Shown: positions 1 through 8,391 of the stretch, piece by piece
Layout of the letters: the number at the start of each line of letters is the position of its first letter
How positions within the stretch are numbered: position 1 is the first letter of the stretch
Virus record (IMG/VR): IMGVR_UViG_3300020044_004739
Location: 1-27,076 of that record
From: a virus
Taxonomy: Duplodnaviria > Caudoviricetes
Direction: 5' to 3' (one strand)
DNA: 27,076 nt
Position numbers and translations under genes: made by a program
The notes under the pieces: generated by a model
The model's database searches: none
What the model was told of the DNA's origin: nothing
The model's input: the letters and a program-made list of their open reading frames with translations, nothing else

Positions 1-13
1 CAAGGAGTAGACA

Positions 14-637
14 ATGACTGATGCAGTGTATGATGACGACGAGAAGTTAGCTAGTATTCTCAACGTGCTAAAAGCAAGTGAACTATTTGGTATGGTAGTT
101 TCCATCCAATCTAGGCTAGACCAAGACGAAGTAGAAGCAATCGAAGATAACTGGGTAGATATCCAAGCTAAGTATGGACATGATACTACTGACTATGTAT
201 TTGGTGACGTTGTACTTAATGGTATAGATGGATGGACAGTAACACCTGCTGCATCGACTATCTCTTTAGAAACAGAGCCAGTATCAGGTCACGACTGGGT
301 ATCTTCAGTAACTAACACTGGTCGTAAAGTGTATGTAGTAAGTGGAGTTAAAGCAGCATGCGGTCTAAAAGAAGCTGACTGTATGGATAGTAAGTGCAAT
401 CACATTCCACTCATCGAACTAGAAGATGAGATCCGCTATGAATTCAAGCAGGATTGGAACTCTATAGCTGACCGACCATCAGAGAATTTCTTTATGGGAC
501 TACCAGGTCTGAGGTACATAGAGAGTGATCAGACTTATTACACTCGTCTCAATTCAGTATGTTCTAATTGTTTTATCTATACACCAACACGACTAGAGAC
601 CTGTCAGAATTGCGACAGGGTACTAGTAGCAGTATGA
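14..637 (+). CDS. Hypothetical early protein with C-terminal Zn-ribbon-like motif
   Basis: 207-aa ORF; AAGGAG SD at 2-7; ends with CSNC...CQNC. Confidence 0.7.
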   Translation: MTDAVYDDDEKLASILNVLKASELFGMVVSIQSRLDQDEVEAIEDNWVDIQAKYGHDTTDYVFGDVVLNGIDGWTVTPAASTISLETEPVSGHDWVSSVTNTGRKVYVVSGVKAACGLKEADCMDSKCNHIPLIELEDEIRYEFKQDWNSIADRPSENFFMGLPGLRYIESDQTYYTRLNSVCSNCFIYTPTRLETCQNCDRVLVAV

Positions 638-701
638 CTTGGGAGTAGGACATTACCGAAACCGAAACCTGCCACAGCCACGCAGGTAAAATAAAGGGGA
701 C

Positions 702-729
702 ACTCCTGAGCATGAGTATAAACTGCTCA
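702..729 (+). promoter_or_regulatory. Candidate H-type RNA pseudoknot in the leader of the SSB-like gene
   Basis: ACTC(702-705)/GAGT(714-717) and TGAGCA(707-712)/TGCTCA(724-729) are interleaved stems. Confidence 0.5.
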
Positions 730-747
730 TTACTTATGTCAGACATC

Positions 748-778
748 GCCACGCCCCTGCTTCGCGGGGGGCGTTGGC
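748..778 (+). promoter_or_regulatory. GC-rich stem-loop upstream of the SSB-like gene RBS
   Basis: GCCACGCCCCTGC-TTC-GCGGGGGGCGTTGGC; no U tract. Confidence 0.55.
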
Positions 779-801
779 TCTCCAAAGGTAAAGGATAACG
801 G

Positions 802-1128
802 ATGAATAACTCACTAACAGTGACAGGCAAGTTGAAGAACATCAAGGAGTTCGATCAGTACGGCTTGATGATAGTAGGTCAGCTAACTCAAAAGGTTGGC
901 AATGAACGAGCTAAGTTCACCATTCCAGTAGCATGCTTTGATGAAAGTATCGCAGCAACTCTACGAGGATTACGTGAAATGCAAGACGGTCAAGGCTTTA
1001 CACCAGTAGTGAATATCGTAGGTGAATTAGATACCAAGTTCGATACACGATTCGGAGTAGAGAATACAGATCGTCGTGCGCCTTTAACTCGCATACTTAT
1101 CAAGTCAGTAGAACTAGCAGATATCTAA
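802..1128 (+). CDS. Putative single-stranded DNA-binding (OB-fold) protein
   Basis: N-terminal NSLTVTGKL, central IPVACF, VVNIVGELDT and ILIKSVE match the SSB strand pattern; AAGGA SD; lacks the acidic DDDIPF tail. Confidence 0.6.
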   Translation: MNNSLTVTGKLKNIKEFDQYGLMIVGQLTQKVGNERAKFTIPVACFDESIAATLRGLREMQDGQGFTPVVNIVGELDTKFDTRFGVENTDRRAPLTRILIKSVELADI

Positions 1129-1134
1129 ATACAA

Positions 1135-1179
1135 ATAAAGGAAGAGTCAGAGTAGAGATTACTCTGGCTCTTTCTTTAT
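1135..1179 (+). terminator. Long hairpin, probable intrinsic terminator or processing site
   Basis: ATAAAGGAAGAGTCAGAGTA-GAGAT-TACTCTGGCTCTTTCTTTAT; about 20-bp stem with G-U pairs and a U-rich 3' arm. Confidence 0.7.
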
Positions 1180-1199
1180 GTCAGATTGTAAGGAGAGCA

Positions 1200-1391
1200 G
1201 TGGTTACTAAGTTTGTAAATACAACAGAACATACTAAGTGTAATCATGTTTATAGTCCAGAGTGTGACAGTTGTGGAGAAGACAACACATACAGATGGAT
1301 TGTCTGTGCAAGATACAAGAAAGATTGTCCTGACTTCGCATGTATTAAATGCGGAGAGATAGAAACACTAACAGAAAAGGAAAGCAAGTGA
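1200..1391 (+). CDS. Small Cys-rich (Zn-binding-like) protein
   Basis: GTG start with AAGGAG SD; CNH, CDSC, CIKC motifs. Confidence 0.65.
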   Translation: MVTKFVNTTEHTKCNHVYSPECDSCGEDNTYRWIVCARYKKDCPDFACIKCGEIETLTEKESK

Positions 1392-1963
1392 GCACAACAC
1401 AAGAGATCGACCTTGGCGCATTAACGCCAGAACATCTAAAGAATGTTCAAGAAGTATACAAGATCATGGCATTCTTACTAGATGAAGATGCTAACTATGA
1501 TGCACTAACAGTAGAGCAAAGCGAACTAATCAACACAGCTTGCACCGACATCAAGGTTCGTGACGGTGTACTTAAGTACTTTGCTGATGCACCATTCGAT
1601 GTACGAGTAGACATTATGAAATCATTTACAATCATTAGCCAAGTAATGGTTGACAGAGCAGATGATGATGGATGCAACTGTGATGCAGAAGTAATTGGTA
1701 ATACATCAATGTTACTTGCAGCATTCTTATTATGCCATGCAGGTATACTAGAAGACTTTGATGAAGATCGTGACCTTGATTACGAACTAAAGTTAGTAGA
1801 TGATTTATTACATGAAGCAGAGACACTAGGTTGCCAAGCTAGTCTATTAAAGCTATTGAAACTAGCACGTAATCATAACGTACCACCAGCTATCTTCTAT
1901 CAATCATTAGTAGCAGTGTCATTCCATAAGGTAACAGATCCAGTCGGGCATCTGAATGGGTAA
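1388..1963 (+). CDS. DUF4192-like helical protein
   Basis: GTG at 1388 overlaps the upstream TGA, with AAGGA SD; motifs TDIKVRD, LLAAFL and SLLKLL...VPP resemble the actinobacterial DUF4192 C-terminus. Confidence 0.5.
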   Translation: MSTTQEIDLGALTPEHLKNVQEVYKIMAFLLDEDANYDALTVEQSELINTACTDIKVRDGVLKYFADAPFDVRVDIMKSFTIISQVMVDRADDDGCNCDAEVIGNTSMLLAAFLLCHAGILEDFDEDRDLDYELKLVDDLLHEAETLGCQASLLKLLKLARNHNVPPAIFYQSLVAVSFHKVTDPVGHLNG

Positions 1964-2045
1964 AAGAATACACGTAATTACAAAAGGTCCTAAAGAAATA
2001 AAGCGAGAGAAAAAGCAAGCTCTCAAATTAAGACAAACAAAATGA
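1956..2045 (+). CDS. 29-aa basic hypothetical peptide (not in ORF track)
   Basis: MGKRIHVITKGPKEIKREKKQALKLRQTK; fills the gap and overlaps both neighbours. Confidence 0.45.
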   Translation: MGKRIHVITKGPKEIKREKKQALKLRQTK

Positions 2046-2191
2046 TTATGTCTGAAGCTGTATGTAATAGGTGCAACACACCTGTTGAGTTTCAGTTAGT
2101 AACACCAGGTTACTTTGCTTGGTGTCCACATCACGATGAAGATCTATATAAGTTCGAGTGCAAGATAGAGGTATGGAATGATCAAGACTAG
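2042..2191 (+). CDS. Small Zn-finger-like protein (not in ORF track)
   Basis: (MI)MSEAVCNRC...WCPHHDEDLYKFEC; ATGA coupling to the upstream ORF. Confidence 0.6.
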   Translation: MIMSEAVCNRCNTPVEFQLVTPGYFAWCPHHDEDLYKFECKIEVWNDQD

Positions 2192-2579
2192 TAGTGGTAC
2201 ACGGTACTACACACAGCAAGAAGTTAACAACAAGATCAATGAAATCATGGAAGATGGCTATCGTATTACTAATGCTATCTATGAAGAAGCATGTGAGCGT
2301 GACTGGTGTGATATGTATGATGAGTGGGCAGATAATGTAAATAAATCTCTTAAGTTCTTTGAGATTCCAAACATGCGTAGAGAATACGCAGTCACATTTA
2401 CAATTGAACGCACACAAAGAGCAGATGTAACAGTCACAGTAACAGCAACTAGTGATGATGATGCAGAGAGTCAAGCTCAAGATATATACGATACATCAGA
2501 TCTAGTAGAAAAAATAGATGATAATGATTGGCAGACAACAGATGAAAGTATAGAAAACTATACAGCACAGGAGAGTTAA
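2178..2579 (+). CDS. Acidic hypothetical protein
   Basis: 133 aa; GAGGT SD; TAATG-coupled to the next gene. Confidence 0.75.
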   Translation: MIKTSSGTRYYTQQEVNNKINEIMEDGYRITNAIYEEACERDWCDMYDEWADNVNKSLKFFEIPNMRREYAVTFTIERTQRADVTVTVTATSDDDAESQAQDIYDTSDLVEKIDDNDWQTTDESIENYTAQES

Positions 2580-2896
2580 TGAGCATCAAAAACGAGCCGT
2601 GGTTTAGCGACCCGTTCAAATGGTACGAAGACCAAGGACATCCAGAGATTATAGGTATACAAGTAACAGATAAGGTAGCTCTTGATTTTCTTCAAGCACT
2701 ATACCAAATCTATAAGTTACTTGAACGCAATGATAGAACAAAAGCTATGGAAGATGCCAAGCAACTAGCAATACTGCTACTAGCTGGAGCATTTGACTAT
2801 GCTGAAGAAGCAATAGATGAATTAATTACAAAAGAAATGACGGAAGTAGATCTCGATGCTGCATTCGCAGAGATGATAGAGGAACAGAATGACTAG
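2579..2896 (+). CDS. Hypothetical protein
   Basis: 105 aa; AGGAG SD; coupled on both sides. Confidence 0.75.
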   Translation: MSIKNEPWFSDPFKWYEDQGHPEIIGIQVTDKVALDFLQALYQIYKLLERNDRTKAMEDAKQLAILLLAGAFDYAEEAIDELITKEMTEVDLDAAFAEMIEEQND

Positions 2897-3872
2897 ACGT
2901 AATCCATACACAGTAATTGGTACGCACTGTGAGTACGAAGTTAATACAGCACATGACCTAATGGTACAAGCTGGACTTGACTGGAAAGTTACATTAGAAA
3001 ATGTATTTATTAATCCATATTACAATGAAGATGAATCTATTGATGTAGTAGTACCAGATAGATATGCAACAGTTAAGTGGACTGATGCAGGTGCTGAACC
3101 ATTAGCAGTAGTAGGTTCACGATACAAAGTGTTACAGAATGATGAGATCTTCTCATGCCTTGACGACATCGTTAACAACAGCGATGCACGTTACGGTGCA
3201 GCAGGAGAACTTAAAGGTGGCAACGTAGTATGGGCAACCATTGAACTACCAGCCAACGTAACAGTAGGTGACGATCCACATAATGCATATGTAATTGCAC
3301 GTACATCACACGATGGTAGTATGCCATTCCAAATGACACCAGTTGTTAATCGATTGAGCTGTACTAATCAGATCAATGCAGCCATGATGAGTGGTAAAGC
3401 TAAGGGTATTTACTACCGTGTTAAGCATAGCCCTAACAGTAGCATCAACCCAGATGATATTAGAAAAGCATTCAAGATTATGAATGAAGATGTTCAGAAG
3501 TATGCAACAGTATCTTCTTACTTACGTTCAATTGAATTCAGTAACGAAGAGTTCAAGAACTTTATCAAGCGAGTGTATGCGTTACCTAGCAAGATTGAGT
3601 TCTCACCATATGAAATGCTTAGTGCAGGTGAACGAACAAGTAAGACAAGAGTAGAACGAAATAGACTTAATGCATGGAACGTATGGATCGGTGAAACCGA
3701 CACGCAACATAACATTAAGAACACGAAGTTCGGTGCATTCCAAGCTATCGTGGAAGCAACCGATCACTTTAGTAAAGACTATAGCAAACAAGCAAGCAAG
3801 ATGATTCTCGGCACAGATATAGCCGTTAAGTCACGAGCACTACAACTATTAGGAGTAAGCAATGGGTCTTGA
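2889..3872 (+). CDS. DUF932/DUF945-family phage/plasmid protein (TIGR03299-like)
   Basis: AGLDWKV, LAVVGSRYKVLQN, AGELKGG, SHDGS, RLSCTNQ, GAFQAIVE motifs. Confidence 0.85.
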   Translation: MTRRNPYTVIGTHCEYEVNTAHDLMVQAGLDWKVTLENVFINPYYNEDESIDVVVPDRYATVKWTDAGAEPLAVVGSRYKVLQNDEIFSCLDDIVNNSDARYGAAGELKGGNVVWATIELPANVTVGDDPHNAYVIARTSHDGSMPFQMTPVVNRLSCTNQINAAMMSGKAKGIYYRVKHSPNSSINPDDIRKAFKIMNEDVQKYATVSSYLRSIEFSNEEFKNFIKRVYALPSKIEFSPYEMLSAGERTSKTRVERNRLNAWNVWIGETDTQHNIKNTKFGAFQAIVEATDHFSKDYSKQASKMILGTDIAVKSRALQLLGVSNGS

Positions 3873-4362
3873 TATGTACCTAAATGTAAGTGAACGTATT
3901 GAACAATACGATTACCAACGAGTTGGAATGGATCTAGTTCGTACAGAAGATTCTAGATACAGTAATGTTATCGAAGCTTCAGGTATCAAAGTAAAAGATA
4001 ATGTAGCATCATCTGTTTCAGTTGAATGGACTGCTATTTACTGGCGTAAAGCTAATCAAATTCACGGATGGTTTGTAGAAACTTGTGGTGATGGAATAGA
4101 TGAATGCCAACGTATACCAGTAAGTAGAGATAGATTAGTTGAACTACATAGTATTTGTAGTCAACTAATTGATACAAGATCAACAGAGTTAGCTCAAGAA
4201 TTACTACCACCAACACCAGGATTTTTCTTTGGTGCATATGAAATTGATGAGTATTACTGGCGAGACATTGAAGAAACACATGAGCAATTAACAGAATTGC
4301 TTGATGAAATTACACCAGAAAATTACTGGAACTATCACATTGAGTACCAAGCATCATGGTAG
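3862..4362 (+). CDS. Conserved phage hypothetical protein
   Basis: MGLDMYL...YWRKANQIHGWF...LLPPTPGFFFG...YQASW signature. Confidence 0.8.
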   Translation: MGLDMYLNVSERIEQYDYQRVGMDLVRTEDSRYSNVIEASGIKVKDNVASSVSVEWTAIYWRKANQIHGWFVETCGDGIDECQRIPVSRDRLVELHSICSQLIDTRSTELAQELLPPTPGFFFGAYEIDEYYWRDIEETHEQLTELLDEITPENYWNYHIEYQASW

Positions 4363-4547
4363 AGTTAGCAGAAGATCACTTTGCTATTGATGGATACAAA
4401 GCTGAAGTCTTACTAAGTGAAGACACATTAGTTTATTTACAAAAGATTAATGAAGTTGTTATGGAAGGTGAGTGCATGTGGTTCAAAAGTTTAGTTACAT
4501 GTAGATACGATCCGTATACAGGGGATGAGTTTAATGTTTCAGATTAA
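4356..4547 (+). CDS. Hypothetical protein
   Basis: 63 aa; tightly overlapped in the operon. Confidence 0.55.
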   Translation: MVELAEDHFAIDGYKAEVLLSEDTLVYLQKINEVVMEGECMWFKSLVTCRYDPYTGDEFNVSD

Positions 4548-4833
4548 CAGCAATGAGACAGCAGCATGTGATGGCATGGATACGGAGTTCTTCTTTCCAG
4601 TAAGCGATGAAGATCTAGACAATCCATTTGGTAGAGATAATGTTTATCCACAGCTAAGAAAAATCTGTGGAGAATGTGATGTCCTTGATAAGTGCAGAGA
4701 CTGGGCTATCAAACACGAAGAGTGGGGGTTCTGGGGTGGAATGTCCGTCTATGAACGCCGTCAATGGAGAAAGAAATACAACATTAAGATTGAGCAGCCT
4801 TGGACCTCAGGCTTTTTGAAAGGAATAAAGTAA
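4525..4833 (+). CDS. whiB: WhiB-family Fe-S transcription factor
   Basis: Four Cys (AAC...ICGECDVLDKC), FFFP, GFWGG turn, ERR helix; true start may be ATG 4534. Confidence 0.92.
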   Translation: MSLMFQINSNETAACDGMDTEFFFPVSDEDLDNPFGRDNVYPQLRKICGECDVLDKCRDWAIKHEEWGFWGGMSVYERRQWRKKYNIKIEQPWTSGFLKGIK

Positions 4834-4997
4834 TGGAATGCTGTAACATGGACATAGAAGAACTATACAAGCAGGAAGATGAAGATGTCTGCGAGTCATG
4901 CTATGATCGTATTGAAGCACACATTGAAGACATGATGCTTAGTAGAGCTAAAGAAGACTTCTATGATAGGAATAAAAAATACCATGATAACTATTAA
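4833..4997 (+). CDS. Small hypothetical protein
   Basis: TAATG coupling; MECC...VCESC. Confidence 0.55.
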   Translation: MECCNMDIEELYKQEDEDVCESCYDRIEAHIEDMMLSRAKEDFYDRNKKYHDNY

Positions 4998-5187
4998 CGG
5001 ATACGAACTACCAGCACATGTATCTTATTCAGCACTAACAACTTACCTTGACTGTGGCTGGAAGTATTATCTTACACGAGTGGAAAAGTTAATTGAACAA
5101 CCAACCTGGTATCTAGCAGGTGGTAGTGCAGTACACACAGCGACCGAGATGTATGATAAAGAACTATTTGAAGCAGAAGGTAAGTGA
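4984..5187 (+). CDS. Cas4/RecB-like PD-(D/E)XK nuclease, N-terminal part
   Basis: HVSYSALTTYLDCGWKYYL...GSAVH..E, the typical N-terminus of PDDEXK_1 nucleases. Confidence 0.8.
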   Translation: MITINGYELPAHVSYSALTTYLDCGWKYYLTRVEKLIEQPTWYLAGGSAVHTATEMYDKELFEAEGK

Positions 5188-5804
5188 TGAACAAGTATTG
5201 GGAAGCAGCATGGGCTGCTCAACAAAAAGAACAACTAACAAAAACAGGTGTTGATCAGGCAAAATGGAAAGCATCTGGTCGTGCAACTAAAGCTAATCCC
5301 AATAAAGAAGATGGTGCTTGGTGGAATGTTGAAGGTTCTAAGATGGTTGACTCATGGATTGAATGGCGCAATGGTACACATCCATTAGTTTTGTGGGAAG
5401 TACAGCCAGGAGTACCAGCTATTGAATTAGGACTTACACCTATCTGGAATGACATACCAGTGCAAATGCACATTGATAGAGTAATGGTTAATCCTGATGG
5501 TGAACTGATAGTATTAGATATTAAGACAGGTGTACGTACTCCATCATCAGACTTGCAGTTAGCTTTTTATGCTGCAGGTATGGAAGAAATGTTAGGCATT
5601 CGTCCGCGCTATGGTGCATACTGGATGGCTAGAACTGGTCAGACAAGTGAACTAATTGACCTAGATTATTTTAATAAAGATGATATCATTGAGATCGTAA
5701 GCAAGTTTGATCAAGCTCGTAAAGCAGAGCTGTTCATTCCTAATCTCAATCACTGTATAATGTGTAATGTAAAAGAACAATGCAAGTACAAAAGAAAAGG
5801 ATAA
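5184..5804 (+). CDS. Cas4/RecB-like PD-(D/E)XK exonuclease, catalytic part
   Basis: E...IDRV...LDIKTG...QLAFY and C-terminal CIMCNVKEQC. Confidence 0.88.
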   Translation: MMNKYWEAAWAAQQKEQLTKTGVDQAKWKASGRATKANPNKEDGAWWNVEGSKMVDSWIEWRNGTHPLVLWEVQPGVPAIELGLTPIWNDIPVQMHIDRVMVNPDGELIVLDIKTGVRTPSSDLQLAFYAAGMEEMLGIRPRYGAYWMARTGQTSELIDLDYFNKDDIIEIVSKFDQARKAELFIPNLNHCIMCNVKEQCKYKRKG

Positions 5805-5815
5805 AAGAAAACACT

Positions 5816-6283
5816 ATGGAAAGTAACTACGTAGTAAACGTAAAGACAAAAGTAGGTACTATCATTACTGTTCGCGGTAACGATGCTACCGAGTTTGAAA
5901 CTAATATCAATGCACTAATTGGTAATGGACTTAACAACAGTATTGCTGCAATGGAAGAGTTGTTTCTTGGAACGCAACCCAGTCAGCCCAGTAACACAGG
6001 AGTCAATACAGTGGTTGCTGCGCTAGGTGGTACAGTAATTAGTGAAACACCTATTGGAGTAGTACCAGTTGCTGGCTTCGCACCAGTCGCACCACCATCA
6101 GCAGTAGGAGTCGCAGCAGGCACAGCCAGCAGGTCTTGTATTCACGGTAGTATGACTAAGCGTGAAGGCGTAGGTCCTTACGGTCCTTACAAAGCATTCA
6201 TGTGTCCAACACCAAAGGGTACACCAGATCAGTGCAAAGCTATTTATCTAAAAGCAAACGACCCAGACTACGCTACGTTCTAG
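5816..6283 (+). CDS. Conserved actinophage protein with C-terminal CxHG...C...C motif (possible recombination or ssDNA-binding accessory)
   Basis: Ala/Pro linker then CIHGSM...YKAFMCP...QC; lies between nuclease and helicase. Confidence 0.6.
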   Translation: MESNYVVNVKTKVGTIITVRGNDATEFETNINALIGNGLNNSIAAMEELFLGTQPSQPSNTGVNTVVAALGGTVISETPIGVVPVAGFAPVAPPSAVGVAAGTASRSCIHGSMTKREGVGPYGPYKAFMCPTPKGTPDQCKAIYLKANDPDYATF

Positions 6284-6293
6284 TCGCATAGGT

Positions 6294-6335
6294 TTGAAGG
6301 GACAGTGTAGTGGGGAAGGCTACCTGTCCCTTCAA
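6294..6335 (+). promoter_or_regulatory. Intergenic stem-loop before the helicase gene
   Basis: TTGAAGGGACAG/CTGTCCCTTCAA perfect 12 bp, plus GTAGT/GCTAC, loop GGGGAAG. Confidence 0.65.
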
Positions 6336-6353
6336 TTAATTATTGGGAGATAA

Positions 6354-7136
6354 ATGAAAACATTAAGTAGAGCAGTAGGTCGTCCTGACATTGGTGGTGA
6401 GCCAATGCCTACAGTATTCAGGACATTCGATGCAAACCAAATTGTATTAAGACGAGCAGAAGTAAGTATGATTGCTGGCACACCAGGTGCTGGTAAGTCT
6501 ACACTTGCTTTAGCTTTAGCATTACGTATGCAAGCACCAACGCTGTACTTATCAGCAGATACTAATGCACATACTATGGCTATGCGTTTGTATTCCATGA
6601 TCACAGGAGTAAGTCAAAGTGAAGCAGAAAAAATCATATCGGAAGACCCAATCAATTCTAGGAATAATCTTGCTCTTGCCAGCCATATTTATTGGAGCTT
6701 TGATTCTGCCCCTAGTCTTAGTGATATCGACGACGAGGTTACCGCGATTGAAGAGTTACTTGGAGAAGCACCTGCCCTAATTGTTATTGATAACCTTATG
6801 GATATCAGTATGGATGGCGGAGAAGAATTCAGTAACATGAGATCAGCACTTAAAGAACTTAAGTACTTAGCGAGAGATACCAACGCCGCTATCTTAGTAT
6901 TACACCATACTCAAGAAGGCTATGTCGGAGAGCCATGTCAACCAAGATCATCCTTGCAAGGCAAGGTAGCACAGTTACCTGCGCTTATTCTTACCGTTGG
7001 ACAGAGCAATGGATTGCTAGGTGTAGCTGCAGTTAAGAATAGATATGGTAGAGCAGACCAGTCTGGTAAGACACCAGTATGGTTACAATTTAATCCAGAG
7101 TATATGTTTATAGCTGACATGGAAGAAGCAAGATGA
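6354..7136 (+). CDS. DnaB/RecA-like helicase ATPase domain
   Basis: Walker A GTPGAGKS, Walker B LIVIDNL, LVLHH, VKNRYG. Confidence 0.88.
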   Translation: MKTLSRAVGRPDIGGEPMPTVFRTFDANQIVLRRAEVSMIAGTPGAGKSTLALALALRMQAPTLYLSADTNAHTMAMRLYSMITGVSQSEAEKIISEDPINSRNNLALASHIYWSFDSAPSLSDIDDEVTAIEELLGEAPALIVIDNLMDISMDGGEEFSNMRSALKELKYLARDTNAAILVLHHTQEGYVGEPCQPRSSLQGKVAQLPALILTVGQSNGLLGVAAVKNRYGRADQSGKTPVWLQFNPEYMFIADMEEAR

Positions 7137-7303
7137 GACCAAAAGAATCATTAAGTTTATTAGCAGCATATGCTGAAATAAATGTTGCAATAGAAAACTT
7201 AATAGAAGTATATAACAAAGTAAACTATATAGGTGGTGAAGATATGGAACGTATTAACTGGGATACTAATAACAAACCAGAATATGATGACGACGATGAG
7301 TAA
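7133..7303 (+). CDS. 56-aa hypothetical protein (not in ORF track)
   Basis: ATGA-coupled to helicase; MRPKESLSLL...EYDDDDE. Confidence 0.55.
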   Translation: MRPKESLSLLAAYAEINVAIENLIEVYNKVNYIGGEDMERINWDTNNKPEYDDDDE

Positions 7304-7424
7304 ATTCGGTTGGTGTCTTGGTCACGATGCAGAACAACAGCATGAAAAATGCCCTGAAGAATTTACCAATAACGTAAGTAACTATACATTGAAATGTGAT
7401 TGTGAATGCCATGAGCAAAAGTAA
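7296..7424 (+). CDS. Small Cys/His-rich protein
   Basis: MSKFGWCLGH...HEKC...CDCECH. Confidence 0.6.
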   Translation: MSKFGWCLGHDAEQQHEKCPEEFTNNVSNYTLKCDCECHEQK

Positions 7425-7746
7425 ACAAAAAGGTACAGCTGCTGAGACAGCAGTAGTTAACTGGCTACTAAGTAAAGGACGCAAGCATGTCGAACGACGA
7501 TCTCTTAACGGAGTCAATGATCGAGGTGACATTGCAGGTGTGCCTGGAGTTGTACTCGAAGTAAAGAACTGTGCAAAGATGGAACTATCTGCTTGGTTAA
7601 AAGAACTAGAAGTCGAGATGATTAACGATAAAGCAGATACAGGTGTAGTGATTCATAAGAAAAAAGGAACCCAAGATGTTGGGTTATGGTACGCAACCAT
7701 GCCAGTAAGCGTATGGTTTAAACTAATAGAGGAAGCAGGATATTAA
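7411..7746 (+). CDS. Holliday junction resolvase (Hjc-like PD-(D/E)XK)
   Basis: KQKGTAAE...DRGDI...LEVKN. Confidence 0.82.
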   Translation: MSKSKQKGTAAETAVVNWLLSKGRKHVERRSLNGVNDRGDIAGVPGVVLEVKNCAKMELSAWLKELEVEMINDKADTGVVIHKKKGTQDVGLWYATMPVSVWFKLIEEAGY

Positions 7747-7747
7747 A

Positions 7748-8032
7748 ATGGAAGTAACATCATACGGAAGAACAAAAATAATTAACTTTAAAAGATTTAA
7801 TCTTCATATTGAAAGAGATATGACTGAAGTATCAATTGGAGTTTATGCACACATTGTAAGATATGACTCGGCATGGATTGGAATTAAGATTCCATTCTTT
7901 ACATTTGAGTTTAGTTGGGATATGTTTGATGAAGAAAAAGCACCAAGATACGTACTAAATATTCCAGATGATTTAAAGGAAGTATTGCAAGAAATGGAAC
8001 TACAAAAATTACTAAAAGAAAATAAGCTGTAA
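7748..8032 (+). CDS. Hypothetical protein
   Basis: 94 aa; AGGA SD; TAATG-coupled to the next gene. Confidence 0.65.
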   Translation: MEVTSYGRTKIINFKRFNLHIERDMTEVSIGVYAHIVRYDSAWIGIKIPFFTFEFSWDMFDEEKAPRYVLNIPDDLKEVLQEMELQKLLKENKL

Positions 8033-8391
8033 TGGATGTACCACCTATTGCTGCAATCATAGAGCATTATGGTGGCAGACTTAAAAGAGACTATGGCAGT
8101 TGGCAAAAAATTAAGTGTCCATTCCATAGCGATAATCATGCATCAGCTGGTGTATCTGTAACAGAAAATATTTTTGTATGTCATGGTTGTGGAGTAAAAG
8201 GAAATGCATTTAATGTAATCAAACTACATGAAGGAGTTAAGTACGGTGAAGCTATCAAGATCGCAGAAGGTATTACTGGAGAAAGCTACCAGTCATTACG
8301 AGGAGTACCTGCCCTTGGCAGAAGAGTATCTAGCACAGCGAGGAATAAGTCTAGAAACAGCACAAAGGATTCGATTAGGAGTCGTCGTTGA
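8032..8391 (+). CDS. DNA primase zinc-binding (CHC2) subunit
   Basis: CPFHSD...FVCHGCGVKG. Confidence 0.85.
   Translation: MDVPPIAAIIEHYGGRLKRDYGSWQKIKCPFHSDNHASAGVSVTENIFVCHGCGVKGNAFNVIKLHEGVKYGEAIKIAEGITGESYQSLRGVPALGRRVSSTARNKSRNSTKDSIRSRR

Noticed and set aside
573-845. 90-aa minus-strand ORF across the early intergenic region
   Set aside because: Opposes the arm, overlaps two genes, no SD; RNA structure explains the region better
2046-2480. 144-aa Cys-rich minus-strand ORF
   Set aside because: Mirror of ACA/GCA-rich codons in + strand genes that already tile the region
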